Shown piece after piece: positions 42,201 to 49,580 of a stretch of DNA of 64,000 bases. The notes under the pieces are model-generated. The model was not told the origin of the DNA and made no database searches. It saw only the letters and a program-made list of their open reading frames with translations. The position numbers and the translations under genes are program-made. This DNA comes from Octopus bimaculoides. Its lineage: Eukaryota. Within the stretch, counting starts at the first letter, position 1. Each line of letters opens with the position of its first letter. The stretch lies in contig NC_068982.1 in assembly GCF_001194135.2 (NCBI RefSeq), positions 122,788,007-122,852,006 of the forward strand. The letters are read 5' to 3'.

Positions 42201-42744
42201 TATTATCTGTAATACTAAAACAAGGCTTCATTACATACAAAGCATAACAGGAAGTAATGCACCATTAAATAACAACAGCTCTATTTGGTTGGGAGATATG
42301 TTGTACAAAAGTATCAAGTTCATCTCTCCTTCTCCTCATAAAATACCATAAAAATTCATACAAACATGAGTGTTGATTTAATGCATAACTGTTTACTTTA
42401 TCTCTTCAGTAACCGGAGCTATGACTGACGAAGAAGGTTCTGCAGATGTTTCAAGCCATGATCCTGCCAAACATCGTCTGCAGAGGCAAGATGCCAAGAG
42501 TCGCAAAACATTCAAAATTAAAAAGAAAACCAAAACCACTAGTATGAGACACCTTATTTCTCGGCGTGGTTTACAAGACCAGGGGGATGGTGAAATAGTT
42601 ACTTTACATCAAGGTTCCCCAACCCATGGACCTCTCAGTTCAGCATTTGGTCCCGATGCCCAAACATTACAGTTACGTCGAACAGGAGCTGGAGCACCTA
42701 TTGCAAAATCAGTCGAAGTTATTCCAGAGGCTGTTGAAGTAAAG
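1351..42744 (+). CDS. UNC80: UNC80 (NALCN channel complex subunit), 3' part: 17 spliced coding exons, 839 aa; 5' end lies upstream of the window
   Basis: All exons have AG/GT boundaries with compatible phases and give one stop-free frame. Peptides RLAEIAHTLLKLAPYD, LPITDWSQEQIRPALILILRRLDRLF, RQIDWEAA and QTAYLGLQVLMVCF...LWKFLDFIVTYRPSIFLLLQPFIQFK match the C-terminal region of UNC80 as I recall it. Confidence 0.93.
2588..2716 (+). CDS. UNC80: UNC80 exon w2 (phase 2-2, 129 nt)
   Basis: Long pyrimidine tract, ctgacag|A AAT...ACCAG|gtctgc (weak donor); NMSIPQRHMEVVNASMKPMQNHTNFSTQTSGYYYDDKEESHT; phase fits both neighbours. Confidence 0.75.
4737..4956 (+). CDS. UNC80: UNC80 exon w3 (phase 2-0)
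   Basis: cttcag|C CGT...CATAAT|gtaagt; RVGDDGRKKGYVPDDDVDAKQEFRKPRDTLLFISSEFFSNCHFRLRELRKKKADPSLRPADKPPELFDSKTHN. Confidence 0.9.
5639..5718 (+). CDS. UNC80: UNC80 exon w4 (phase 0-2)
   Basis: ttctccag|CGC...CAAAG|gtatgt; RLAEIAHTLLKLAPYDPYSISCPGLQ. Confidence 0.92.
7613..7736 (+). CDS. UNC80: UNC80 exon w5 (phase 2-0)
   Basis: ttcattag|T TAC...GTTAGG|gtaagt; YMVHVLPITDWSQEQIRPALILILRRLDRLFSKVSKKLLVR. Confidence 0.92.
8440..9050 (+). mobile_element. Highly decayed I/Jockey-group non-LTR fragment
   Basis: KKRNILIRNLAW...RTSIMALYYSVTEY and VYRNQLRLVYGR resemble RNNLLRKLAG..RTSALALCYSTAEY and WVTLNRLRTG.GR. Confidence 0.4.
11130..11242 (+). repeat. Compound (TAT)n(CAT)n(TAT)n microsatellite; other large tracts: (TC)n ~15056-15150 and ~39092-39201, (CA)n 46353-46419
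   Basis: Directly visible. Confidence 0.95.
12348..13096. mobile_element. TTAA-type (piggyBac-like) MITE split by the RTE fragment; halves at ~12348-12520 and ~13035-13096
   Basis: Imperfect terminal inverted ends actctttaacatt / aatgcgaaagagt; the halves read as the continuous body of a recalled octopus MITE. Confidence 0.5.
12545..13030 (-). mobile_element. RTE-clade LINE 3' ORF fragment
   Basis: Minus strand VLYGAET..QTLAKEIDGFDSRALRTIENIRW..ISNEEL..PDHPIKAL..RKRPCG; typical post-RT RTE sequence, decayed. Confidence 0.7.
14290..14640 (-). mobile_element. RTE-clade LINE 3' fragment
   Basis: GPECWVRTEK...MIKMSQERITIQSLRVKPTGRRP; resembles YGSESW...RMPQERI..PTGRRPRGRP. Confidence 0.65.
15722..15768 (-). 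ncRNA. Degenerate minimal type I hammerhead ribozyme motif (left arm)
   Basis: Minus strand GGACAC CTGATGA A GGCTG GAGAGTAAAT CAGCC AAAACAT T GTGGT; perfect stem II; GAAACGT mutated to AAAACAT. Confidence 0.62.
15843..15914 (-). promoter_or_regulatory. tRNA-derived Pol III head (A box TAGCGTAATGG, B box GTTCAATTC); SINE head, not a functional tRNA
   Basis: Minus strand reads GGGCATATAGCGTAATGGTTAAGAGCGCAGGCTACTAACCCCAATATTACAAGTTCAATTCCAGGCAGTGCC; no proper acceptor stem. Confidence 0.72.
16031..16077 (+). ncRNA. Degenerate minimal type I hammerhead ribozyme motif (right arm)
   Basis: GGACAC CTGATGA A AGCTG GAGAGTAAAT CAACC GAAATGT T GTGGT; two stem II mismatches; ACGT palindrome mutated to ATGT. 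Confidence 0.65.
17028..17336. mobile_element. Non-autonomous hAT-type MITE (309 bp) with intact 8-bp TSD
   Basis: TIRs CAGTGCTTTTCAAA / TTTGAGTAGCACTG; identical flanking ACCTAAAG at 17020-17027 and 17337-17344. Confidence 0.9.
17468..17765 (+). mobile_element. tRNA-derived CORE-like SINE (family B)
   Basis: gctgtatggtaagaagcttgct..gagttcagtccc..ggcaagtgtcttct..ccttgtgagtggattt; related copies at 44372-44690 (+) and 5405-5570 (-). Confidence 0.72.
18434..18860. other. Assembly gap; other N runs at 19639-20121, 31204-31264, 35514-36080, 42989-42998, 43980-44371, 46234-46352, 50116-50191, 61924-62019
   Basis: N runs, mostly bordered by (TA)n microsatellites. Confidence 0.98.
19314..19560 (+). 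mobile_element. Merlin (IS1016/IS1595-like) transposase remnant
   Basis: ISKQTAMQWYN then VVQVDESLLFKRKNEVGRVVKKFWIL, matching the Merlin V(E/Q)IDES..KRKY..GR....WVFG motif. Confidence 0.68.
21830..22125 (-). mobile_element. tRNA-derived SINE (Meta/CORE-like; family C)
   Basis: aagtgtcttgctcaaggacacaatg..ggaatcaaa..cctaaccattaaaccacatgcc; related copies at ~6590-6805 (-) and 54492-54790 (+). Confidence 0.6.
23728..23767 (+). CDS. UNC80: UNC80 exon w6 (phase 0-1), after a ~16 kb intron
   Basis: atttcag|AGA...AAAG|gtaagc; RQIDWEAAANLLK. Confidence 0.88.
24088..24143 (+). CDS. UNC80: UNC80 exon w7 (phase 1-0)
   Basis: tttttaag|GT GTT...CTTAAG|gtaata; (G)VYLTLRKHSFIAHLSHLK. Confidence 0.88.
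25718..26110 (+). mobile_element. Two tandem tRNA-SINEs (family A, Deu/Nin-like central domain)
   Basis: aaggtgatgagctagcagaatcattag...gagttcaaattcc...gactttgcctttca...; further copies at ~2286, 31271, 32355, 37785 and 61162 (+), and 14645 and 33235 (-). Confidence 0.72.
26163..26345 (+). CDS. UNC80: UNC80 exon w8 (phase 0-0)
   Basis: tttttgcag|ACT...CTTGGG|gtaatt; TLINVLIGLILSG...FCSAVIKLVAMQMQVLG. Confidence 0.88.
26943..27390 (+). mobile_element. Family-B-headed SINE with an RTE-like 3' tail
   Basis: Head ggctgtgtggtaagaaatttgct..gggttcaattcc; tail gcatggaaaagtgg..atgacgacaatgacaacaatgatgat resembles the (GAT)n RTE 3' end. Confidence 0.6.
27799..27922 (+). CDS. UNC80: UNC80 exon w9 (phase 0-1)
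   Basis: aaatcag|GAA...AGAAGAG|gtaagt; EQFSLEQIFGGMSVFPSIECCLNMLVDFILPLCIRTGYGRR. Confidence 0.9.
28451..28669 (+). CDS. UNC80: UNC80 exon w10 (phase 1-1)
   Basis: catccag|AT TCG...CTTG|gtgagt; (D)SPRLLHADIRYALSVVLHAVNPP...ELQEQTAYL. Confidence 0.9.
29045..29530 (-). mobile_element. Decayed mariner transposase C-terminal fragment
   Basis: Frameshifted minus-strand peptides KYCQEISKINQKLQ, KGPILFH, LNCLGYETLSHLTYFPDLS..YQFFKH, RIPEFYATIVDRFASCW (HPPYSPDL region and C-terminus). Confidence 0.72.
30913..31008 (+). CDS. UNC80: UNC80 exon w11 (phase 1-1)
   Basis: ctattag|GT TTG...AGAG|gtaagt; (G)LQVLMVCFDNTLAAEWHHVAKYVMDISTKTR. Confidence 0.9.
33380..33830 (+). repeat. Direct repeat, ~150-bp units at ~300-bp period
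   Basis: ggttacagcaaatattc..gaccttaacc..gagcatgtccctt..catagccatgtgtt at ~33380 and ~33681. Confidence 0.7.
33883..34625 (+). mobile_element. R4/Dong-like non-LTR retrotransposon, decayed 3' fragment (copy 1)
   Basis: WLTNRNLKQAEALIITTQEQATKMNLIKAKIDK, SECSKLTQKEYKHKHN, NNRVDAKEMEKVKRYQKLARKLKRLW, ARILRKIL: CCHC-region and restriction-like endonuclease C-terminus. Confidence 0.75.
34750..35090 (+). mobile_element. R4/Dong-like LINE 3' fragment (copy 2), followed by a (TAA/TTA)n tract
   Basis: RSDIVVVNKRKKETKMIDIAIPGDAR, then KLLKNEIAQMWTMKRVTDILVVVGTLG...KSALLGTARI (PD..D-type endonuclease domain). Confidence 0.8.
35296..35445. mobile_element. Internally deleted second copy of the same tRNA-headed inverted element
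   Basis: Tail in minus orientation (tacattatttacatttgacggatatttgtcctcat), 18-bp perfect palindrome CCTGGAATCGATTCCAGG at 35379-35396, then cagtgacctga(ata)n as in the 15924 arm. Confidence 0.72.
36081..36426 (+). repeat. (GAT)n-tailed repeat (RTE 3' UTR type) with internal tandem subrepeats
   Basis: ttaggaagggcatccagctgtagaaac...ggaaagcggacgttaaacgatgatgat; near-identical to the copy at 58785. Confidence 0.8.
36528..36616 (+). CDS. UNC80: UNC80 exon w12 (phase 1-0)
   Basis: ttttgtag|GA TCC...TTCAAG|gtaaaa; (G)SLSLWKFLDFIVTYRPSIFLLLQPFIQFK. Confidence 0.92.
38066..38440 (+). repeat. (GAT)n-tailed repeat ending 35 nt before the exon w13 acceptor
   Basis: Same family blocks and (GAT)n tail. 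Confidence 0.8.
38476..38641 (+). CDS. UNC80: UNC80 exon w13 (phase 0-1)
   Basis: poly-T ctgccag|ATG ATG...GCAG|gtaagc; MMKVNCDTAEEYFLQQIIKDKLMGVHSVNHPKCKGNILIQLTIELRQIKEELANA. Confidence 0.9.
38863..39015 (+). CDS. UNC80: UNC80 exon w14 (phase 1-1); alternative in-frame acceptor would start the exon at 38875
   Basis: gttctcag|AC TTT...AAAG|gtaaat; (D)FSSGTPAMLSDQSELSYNQATDQQQQINEITAEIVPPKFSLGSVGKHSSK. Confidence 0.82.
40971..41171 (+). CDS. UNC80: UNC80 exon w15 (phase 1-1), Ser/Thr-rich
   Basis: ttttctag|GT TCC...CCAG|gtattg; (G)STVFSQSSSSSSTPFK...RRISAKDGSRILDKFERKNTIVDDPSP. Confidence 0.85.
41875..42018 (+). CDS. UNC80: UNC80 exon w16 (phase 1-1)
   Basis: tttttcag|AA CCA...GCAG|gtatta; (E)PPETTSPKLQRQSTICFQVRQGSPSRTSQPAGIVFENECSESQVNGA. 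Confidence 0.85.
42410..42744 (+). CDS. UNC80: UNC80 exon w17 (phase 1-0)
   Basis: ctcttcag|TA ACC...GTAAAG|gtatca; (V)TGAMTDEEG...HRLQRQDAKSRKTFKIKKK...IPEAVEVK. Confidence 0.87.
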
Positions 42745-42857
42745 GTATCATTTGTTATAAAACAACATTTTATTTTCACTTTCATAATTTGTTACATTTA
42801 AAGAAAGAATGTTCTAATTTTGCCTTTATATTTGAAGCATGCGCTTGACTATATTGT

Positions 42858-42895
<38 letters not shown>

Positions 42896-42937
42896 AATGT
42901 GATGAGTATTTGTGTATATATTACTTAGGTGTGTATG

Positions 42938-42988
<51 letters not shown>

Positions 42989-43002
42989 NNNNNNNNNNTA
43001 TG

Positions 43003-43073
<71 letters not shown>

Positions 43074-46061
43074 ATATACACTCAAACAAACAGTCCTATT
43101 TGCATGTATAGTTGTGTCTTTCATAAACATTCTCTTGATGTAATTCTTTAGCGTATCTTTTTGAAAAAGATACATGTTGTTCATTTTTTTATTATTACAT
43201 TTATTAATATGAAGAGTTCTTATATTAATAAATATTCATATATATATAGAGAGAACTTAAAGTTTACTGTATTTTAAATTTAAAGATGAAAATTACTGTT
43301 TAGTATGTTGCAATATTCATAATTAAACTTAATATATAGGAAGTTTAGAGAGAAAACTATGTAAAATAAACTTGTAGGTTCAGAATTAGGCAAAAATAAC
43401 TCAGTTAACTGGGGTTAAGGAAATAATAGTCTCATCAAAAAACAGCAGGTCTGTAGACTTCTTGAAAAAAAAATGCATTAGTGACCGAATTAGCAAGAGA
43501 GTCCGACACATACTGCTGTGGAGGACAAATGCTGAGAGTCAAAGGGTAACAAATAACAATAATTCCACTACTAGAAGTTCTCAGTAAAAGGAGAATCTTC
43601 AGTGTCTGGTATTGTAAAACTATTGTAATCTGAACTGTATATTATATCCAAATCTACTGACAGTCTGGAAGGTTTTTTTTTTCAATTTTTCTGACCTTAT
43701 TAGAATATATTATTTATAAAATCAAATCTCTTTACTATTAATCATTCATTGATATCTTACATTTTATAATTTCATCCAACTTGAAGAGAGTTCAGTTTTG
43801 AGCTGAACTCTAAGCTTGAACTAGTTTAAGGCTAGCATGCATCATTAAAATACTAGCCAATATAAACTGGAAGATAATTTTGACTTATGTTTTGGGAGAG
43901 GAATAAGTTCAGTAAGTTTTAAAAGCTGATGTAATTCCAGTAAATTGATGACATGAATAATTCAGAAACTCAAAATACTNNNNNNNNNNNNNNNNNNNNN
44001 NNNNNNNNNNNNNNNNNNNNNNNNNNNNNNNNNNNNNNNNNNNNNNNNNNNNNNNNNNNNNNNNNNNNNNNNNNNNNNNNNNNNNNNNNNNNNNNNNNNN
44101 NNNNNNNNNNNNNNNNNNNNNNNNNNNNNNNNNNNNNNNNNNNNNNNNNNNNNNNNNNNNNNNNNNNNNNNNNNNNNNNNNNNNNNNNNNNNNNNNNNNN
44201 NNNNNNNNNNNNNNNNNNNNNNNNNNNNNNNNNNNNNNNNNNNNNNNNNNNNNNNNNNNNNNNNNNNNNNNNNNNNNNNNNNNNNNNNNNNNNNNNNNNN
44301 NNNNNNNNNNNNNNNNNNNNNNNNNNNNNNNNNNNNNNNNNNNNNNNNNNNNNNNNNNNNNNNNNNNNNNNCTTGGTTCAGTTCCATTGCGTGACACCTT
44401 GGGCAAGTGTCTTCTACTATGGCCAACCAAAGCCTTGTGAGTGAAGCCCATCATATATATATATGTATATATCTATGTATTAGTGTGTCTCTGTTTGTCA
44501 CCCTACCATCGTTTGACAACCAACATTGGTGTGTTTTTGTCCCCATAACTTAGTGGTTCGGGAAAAGAGACCAATAGAATAAGTACTAGGCTTGCAAAGA
44601 ATAAGTCCTGGGGTCGATTTGTTCGGCTAAAGGTGGTGCTCCAGCATGGCCACTGTCAAATGATTGAAACAAGTAAAAGAATAAAAGAACATATATATAT
44701 ATATATATATGATTGAAAGCAGATTGCTAGAATTATTAGAGAATGTATTATTTGGATGTTCAAATATGATTGCTTAATTTATATGTTATTCCACTCTATG
44801 CTACAAGCGCAATCATTAAAGTGTCAGACAAAATGCCTCGCAGTATTTAGTTACAGCCTTTTACATTCTGAGTTTAAATCTTAGAGAGGTTAATTTTATC
44901 TTTTATTTTTCTGGAATTGATATCAACTTCTTGTAGCAAGAGGACATTAATTTTCTATAATTCAGGTAGATCTCTAATGGTATCATGTTTTGGTCTCCTA
45001 TAGTTTTTCGACTTTCCAATGACAATCCCTTCTAACATAACTAGCTACTCAGAAGACTTTGAATTTTCAACTAAAGAATATGAAGTTCAGTACTAGCACT
45101 TGTTTCATCATAACAAAGAAACAAGAAGCCATATTCCCAAGTGTGTAATGTAAGAATGGTATTCATGGGAACTTTTATGTGCTCTGCTTAAACTGAGAGC
45201 ATTCATATAAGTATTGCTTTGGTTTGTAACTTTGCAAGATATTCAACACATGTTTCTTTGAAAGTAATTTTAATTGCAAAAATATCAAAATTTATGTAGC
45301 CATTCTTCTCATAGAAGTGTCATGGATTGCTTTAAACTGCACACAAGAAATATAAAGGTGAACAGAATTATCTTAACATCTCACCTTTTAGGATAAAAAT
45401 AATAGAAAATCAGAATGTTATTTGTCAAGGTATAAGTAAATGGGAGAATCAAAATAACAAAATCTGCAGTTAGGATAAACTTGAATGGTACCACTATTGT
45501 TGGTGGTTTTGAGGTAGGTGTGACATATTGAGAAATACCTGAAGACACAAAGAATTAGAATACTCAACACTTTGTGAACACCACATCACAACCACTAGTA
45601 TCACTGCCACTAGCACTATCATCATCATTATCACTATCGCCACTACCACCACCAACACCACCACCAACACTGGCATTATATATTTGCTTAGCTATATTTT
45701 ATAAGCCTGATGTAGCAGTTGTTTATTTTGTTAAAAATGCAAAATATTCTCAGTTTACTTATTTTTTATATTTTTTTTTATCAAAAAATATTTGTAATGA
45801 CTTCCTCATTTCTTCCTGAACCATACTTCGTCTTGGAACTATCAAATGTTAGAAAGTTTGTCAGATAATGATAATGTGTGATGTTAACAGCTGATTTTTT
45901 TTTCCTTCCTTCAGCTCCATAATGTTCTCATTGTTTATTTTTGATTTTTATTTATTCATGTTCATGTTTATTTGTCATTTATTTTTTGCAAATAGTTTAA
46001 ACTAATTTATTGAAAAATGCTTACTTTCTAACCAAATATCCATATATACATACATATATAT

Positions 46062-46115
<54 letters not shown>

Positions 46116-46216
46116 GTTTAACGTCCGCTTTCCATGCTAGCATGGGTTGGACGATTTGACTGAGGACTGGCGAACCAGATGGCTGCACCAGGCTCCAATC
46201 TGATCTGGCAGAGTTT
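46062..46216 (-). repeat. (CAT)n-led inverted copy of the (GAT)n-tailed repeat
   Basis: (cat)n cgtttaacgtccgctttccatgctagcatgggttggacg... Confidence 0.8.
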
Positions 46217-46352
46217 ATATATATATATATATANNNNNNNNNNNNNNNNNNNNNNNNNNNNNNNNNNNNNNNNNNNNNNNNNNNNNNNNNNNNNNNNNNN
46301 NNNNNNNNNNNNNNNNNNNNNNNNNNNNNNNNNNNNNNNNNNNNNNNNNNNN

Positions 46353-46421
<69 letters not shown>

Positions 46422-47442
46422 CACTCAGAGGTTCACTCTGTTAAAGCAGAATGACCAAATGGATGTGGTGTTTTGAATTTAAATCCATTAGTTTTCTGAG
46501 TCTTCTGTTCAAGTCACTGCAAATATCTCAGTGCACTTAACTCTATGCACCTTATCTTACTTATCTTACTGGAAATATTTCCTTATCTTACTGCGAACAG
46601 TGTGAGAGATATTCTAGTAATGTTACTTAGCTGGATAGGCTGCAACCTATCTAGTAAAAGATTCTTTCCCTTTTCCTTAATACCATGAAATCAATGCTAA
46701 GACACAAAGAATTAGATCACATGTGTGCAAGTATGTGACTTAAACATTATTACCATTATTATTAGGGTGAGAAATTGACAGAAATAGTAGAATGCCAGAC
46801 TAAATGCCAAATGGTATTTAGATATGTTCCTATTCATTCTAAATTCAAATTTCATCGTAATTGACTTTGCCTGTCAAACCACAGATGAACCCTAACCACA
46901 CATTGTCTTGTGTAGCTTTACTTTTCAAAGACAGTAAGGGGTGTTTTCAATAAGATTTGGTTGTTATTTCTAGCAAAAATTAGTGACTACTTAAGCATGT
47001 CCATTTTTTGCTTGTTGCTTCAGAATTGATAAAACAAATACCAGCGATATATTTGAGTCAATTCAATCACCAATTTTACAAATCTGTGGCTTTGTCTCAA
47101 TACAAGAAATAGTTATTATTCTTAGTGTTATTTATTGTGGCAGAGGGGTACAAACAATTCTTTCAGCATTCAGTTACATTCTTTTATGTTCTTGGTTCAA
47201 ACTTTACTGATGATGACTTTACTTTTCATCCCTTTGGGAGAGGACGGTATGTAAGAAATGTATAAGTACTCAGGTTAGATAAATTAATAATACCCGCCCC
47301 AAAAATATTTTTTGTCTTGTGCCAAATCTCAATATCATTATTGCATATGTTGTTGTAGTTGTTGCTATTATTGTTATTACTAATATACTAATACTGCTAC
47401 TATAACAAAATTTCTTTTACTAATGGATTATTCTTATTTCAG

Positions 47443-47466
47443 AAGAGGCATTCTTTCCAAAAATAA
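47443..47466 (+). CDS. UNC80: Candidate terminal coding exon of UNC80 (KRHSFQK*)
   Basis: Branch-like TACTAAT at 47418-47424 and ttcttatttcag acceptor; phase 0 fits exon w17; TAA at 47464-47466. No homology support, and intervening gaps could hide exons. Confidence 0.42.
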   Translation, partial: KRHSFQK

Positions 47467-48076
47467 GTGACATTGTCCATTGTGTAGCAGAGATATTTTT
47501 GACGCTAAGAAGTCCAAATCATCATTCAAAACAAATGAACCTTTCAACATTTAAAAAAAAATCTGCTGTTTAAAATGGATCTACAAGCCTCTGCTGTGTA
47601 TGTGTGTTTCTGGGCATAAGTGTGCATATGTATGTTACTATTATAACAGTGTCACATGCATTTAGAAAAGCAGTAAGCCTAATTATTTAGAGAAAGGCAG
47701 CAATCAAATGATAAGTTATCATTTTTCTTGCTCAGTAAATATGAAATGTTTTTAACTGTATCCATTGAGAGTAACTTTAACATGATGTGAAAACAAATGC
47801 AAACAATTTATAATCAGAAATTTTTTAAAAACCGGTGCATTTTCCTGAGGTTTAAGTTAAAGAAATGCTTCATGTCATAAAAAGATTTATAATGGTTAGT
47901 GATGGCCATCAGGCAAATATATAAAAGATTTTTGTTCTTGTTATTATTATTTTGAGATTGATAAAATAAATACCACTGAAGTACATGTCAACTAAATCAA
48001 TTGCACATCTCCAAAATTTGTGGGTTTGTGCCACAGATATAAATTATTATTATTATTATTATTATTATAAGGGTAA

Positions 48077-49580
48077 TAGATTGGCAAAGTCATTAGAGTG
48101 TTGGACAAAATGCCTTGTGGTATTTCTTCAGACTCTTTACATTCTAAGTTCAAATCCCACCAAGATCAGCTTTGCCTTTCATTTCTCTGGGATTAATAAA
48201 ATAAAATACCAGTCATGTACTGGGGGTAAGTAGTATCTACTAACCCTCTCCCTTCAAGACTACTGGCTTACTGCCTAAATTAGAAATAATTTTAGGCAGT
48301 AAGCTGGTGTATCATTAAGAGAATTAGAAAAAATACCTTGCAGTGTTCCAGCTCTTTATATTTTGAGCTCAACTCCCACCAGGGTCAACTTTGCCTTTCA
48401 TCCTTTCAAAGTCAATAAAATAAAGTACCAGTCTATAACTGGGGTTGATGGTATACACTAAACTCCACCCTTCAAAAATTACTGGCCTTGGGCCTAAATT
48501 AGGAACATTTATTGCTATTATTATTATTATTATTATTTCAATCTTGCTAAATCATTTAGCTTTAAATTTGATATTTAAGTATGAAAAAAAAAAAATCAAA
48601 CAGCTATTTAAAAAGTTCATTGCAAGTATAGAAAAAACACTCAAAAATGGGGTCTTTTTCTTTTTTAATTTTATTCCTAAAAAGCCTAAGTGTAAAATCG
48701 TGGCCTATGTCAGCTGCTTAACTGCTTACTAAACATATCTTTTGATACCCATATCTTTAATTAATTACAAACACAATCGAATTTGATACATCAATGTATT
48801 AAAACAATAATTGAAATTCCTGTTAACTGTGCCTCTTCTTTAATGATTTAGTTCATTTCAATTTATTTTATTTTATTTATATTCTAATTGCTTTAAAGGA
48901 AAAAAATAAACAAGCAACAGTGAAGTAAAGCCTTAAAGTTTAAACCTCTTTTCAATTTACAATATTTTTTTTTATTTGTCAAGTGGTGTTAATACCTAGG
49001 AGTTATTATATAGCTAAATCAAAAAGTTGGAATTGTCACAAAGTTTAAAGTTAAAGAGAATTACTGAGGTGTTAGTGTACTTTATCCTCATGTCAGTAAC
49101 AACACGTAATAATAATAATCATTATATTATTACAATTACAATCATCATTATTATTATCATTATTAAGGTGGTGAGCTGACAGAATTGTTAGCACACTGGA
49201 CAAAATGCTTAGAGGTATTTTGCCTGTCGCTACATTCTGAGTTCAAATTCTGCTGAGGTCGACTTTGCCTTTCATCGTTTCAAGGTCGATAAAATAAGTA
49301 CCAGTTGAGGACTGAGTTCAGTGTTATCAACTAGCCCCATCCACCAAAATTTCCAGCCTTGGGCTTATTGTAGAAACAATTACTGTTATCATTGTTAAGG
49401 TGGTAAGCTGGCAGACGCATTAGCATGCCAGACAAAAATCCTTTGTAACATTTCTTTCAGCACTTTACTTCCTGAGTTATGTTCCAAGTGTTAATCCTAC
49501 CTTTTATCCTACTAAGGTCAATAAAATAAATATTAGTTAAGTACTGCAGGTAATCTAATTTGTAACCTTCTGCTTATGAT
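48077..49580 (+). mobile_element. Cluster of four family-A SINEs (~48077-48290, 48297-48505, 49166-49378, 49398-49580)
   Basis: Repeated gagttcaaat / ctttgcctttcatc / aataagtaccag blocks, several preceded by (TTA)-rich tracts. Confidence 0.75.

Noticed and set aside
18345-46454. Long ORFs in the track containing X runs
   Set aside because: They are artefacts of N gaps and (TA)n/(CA)n tracts.
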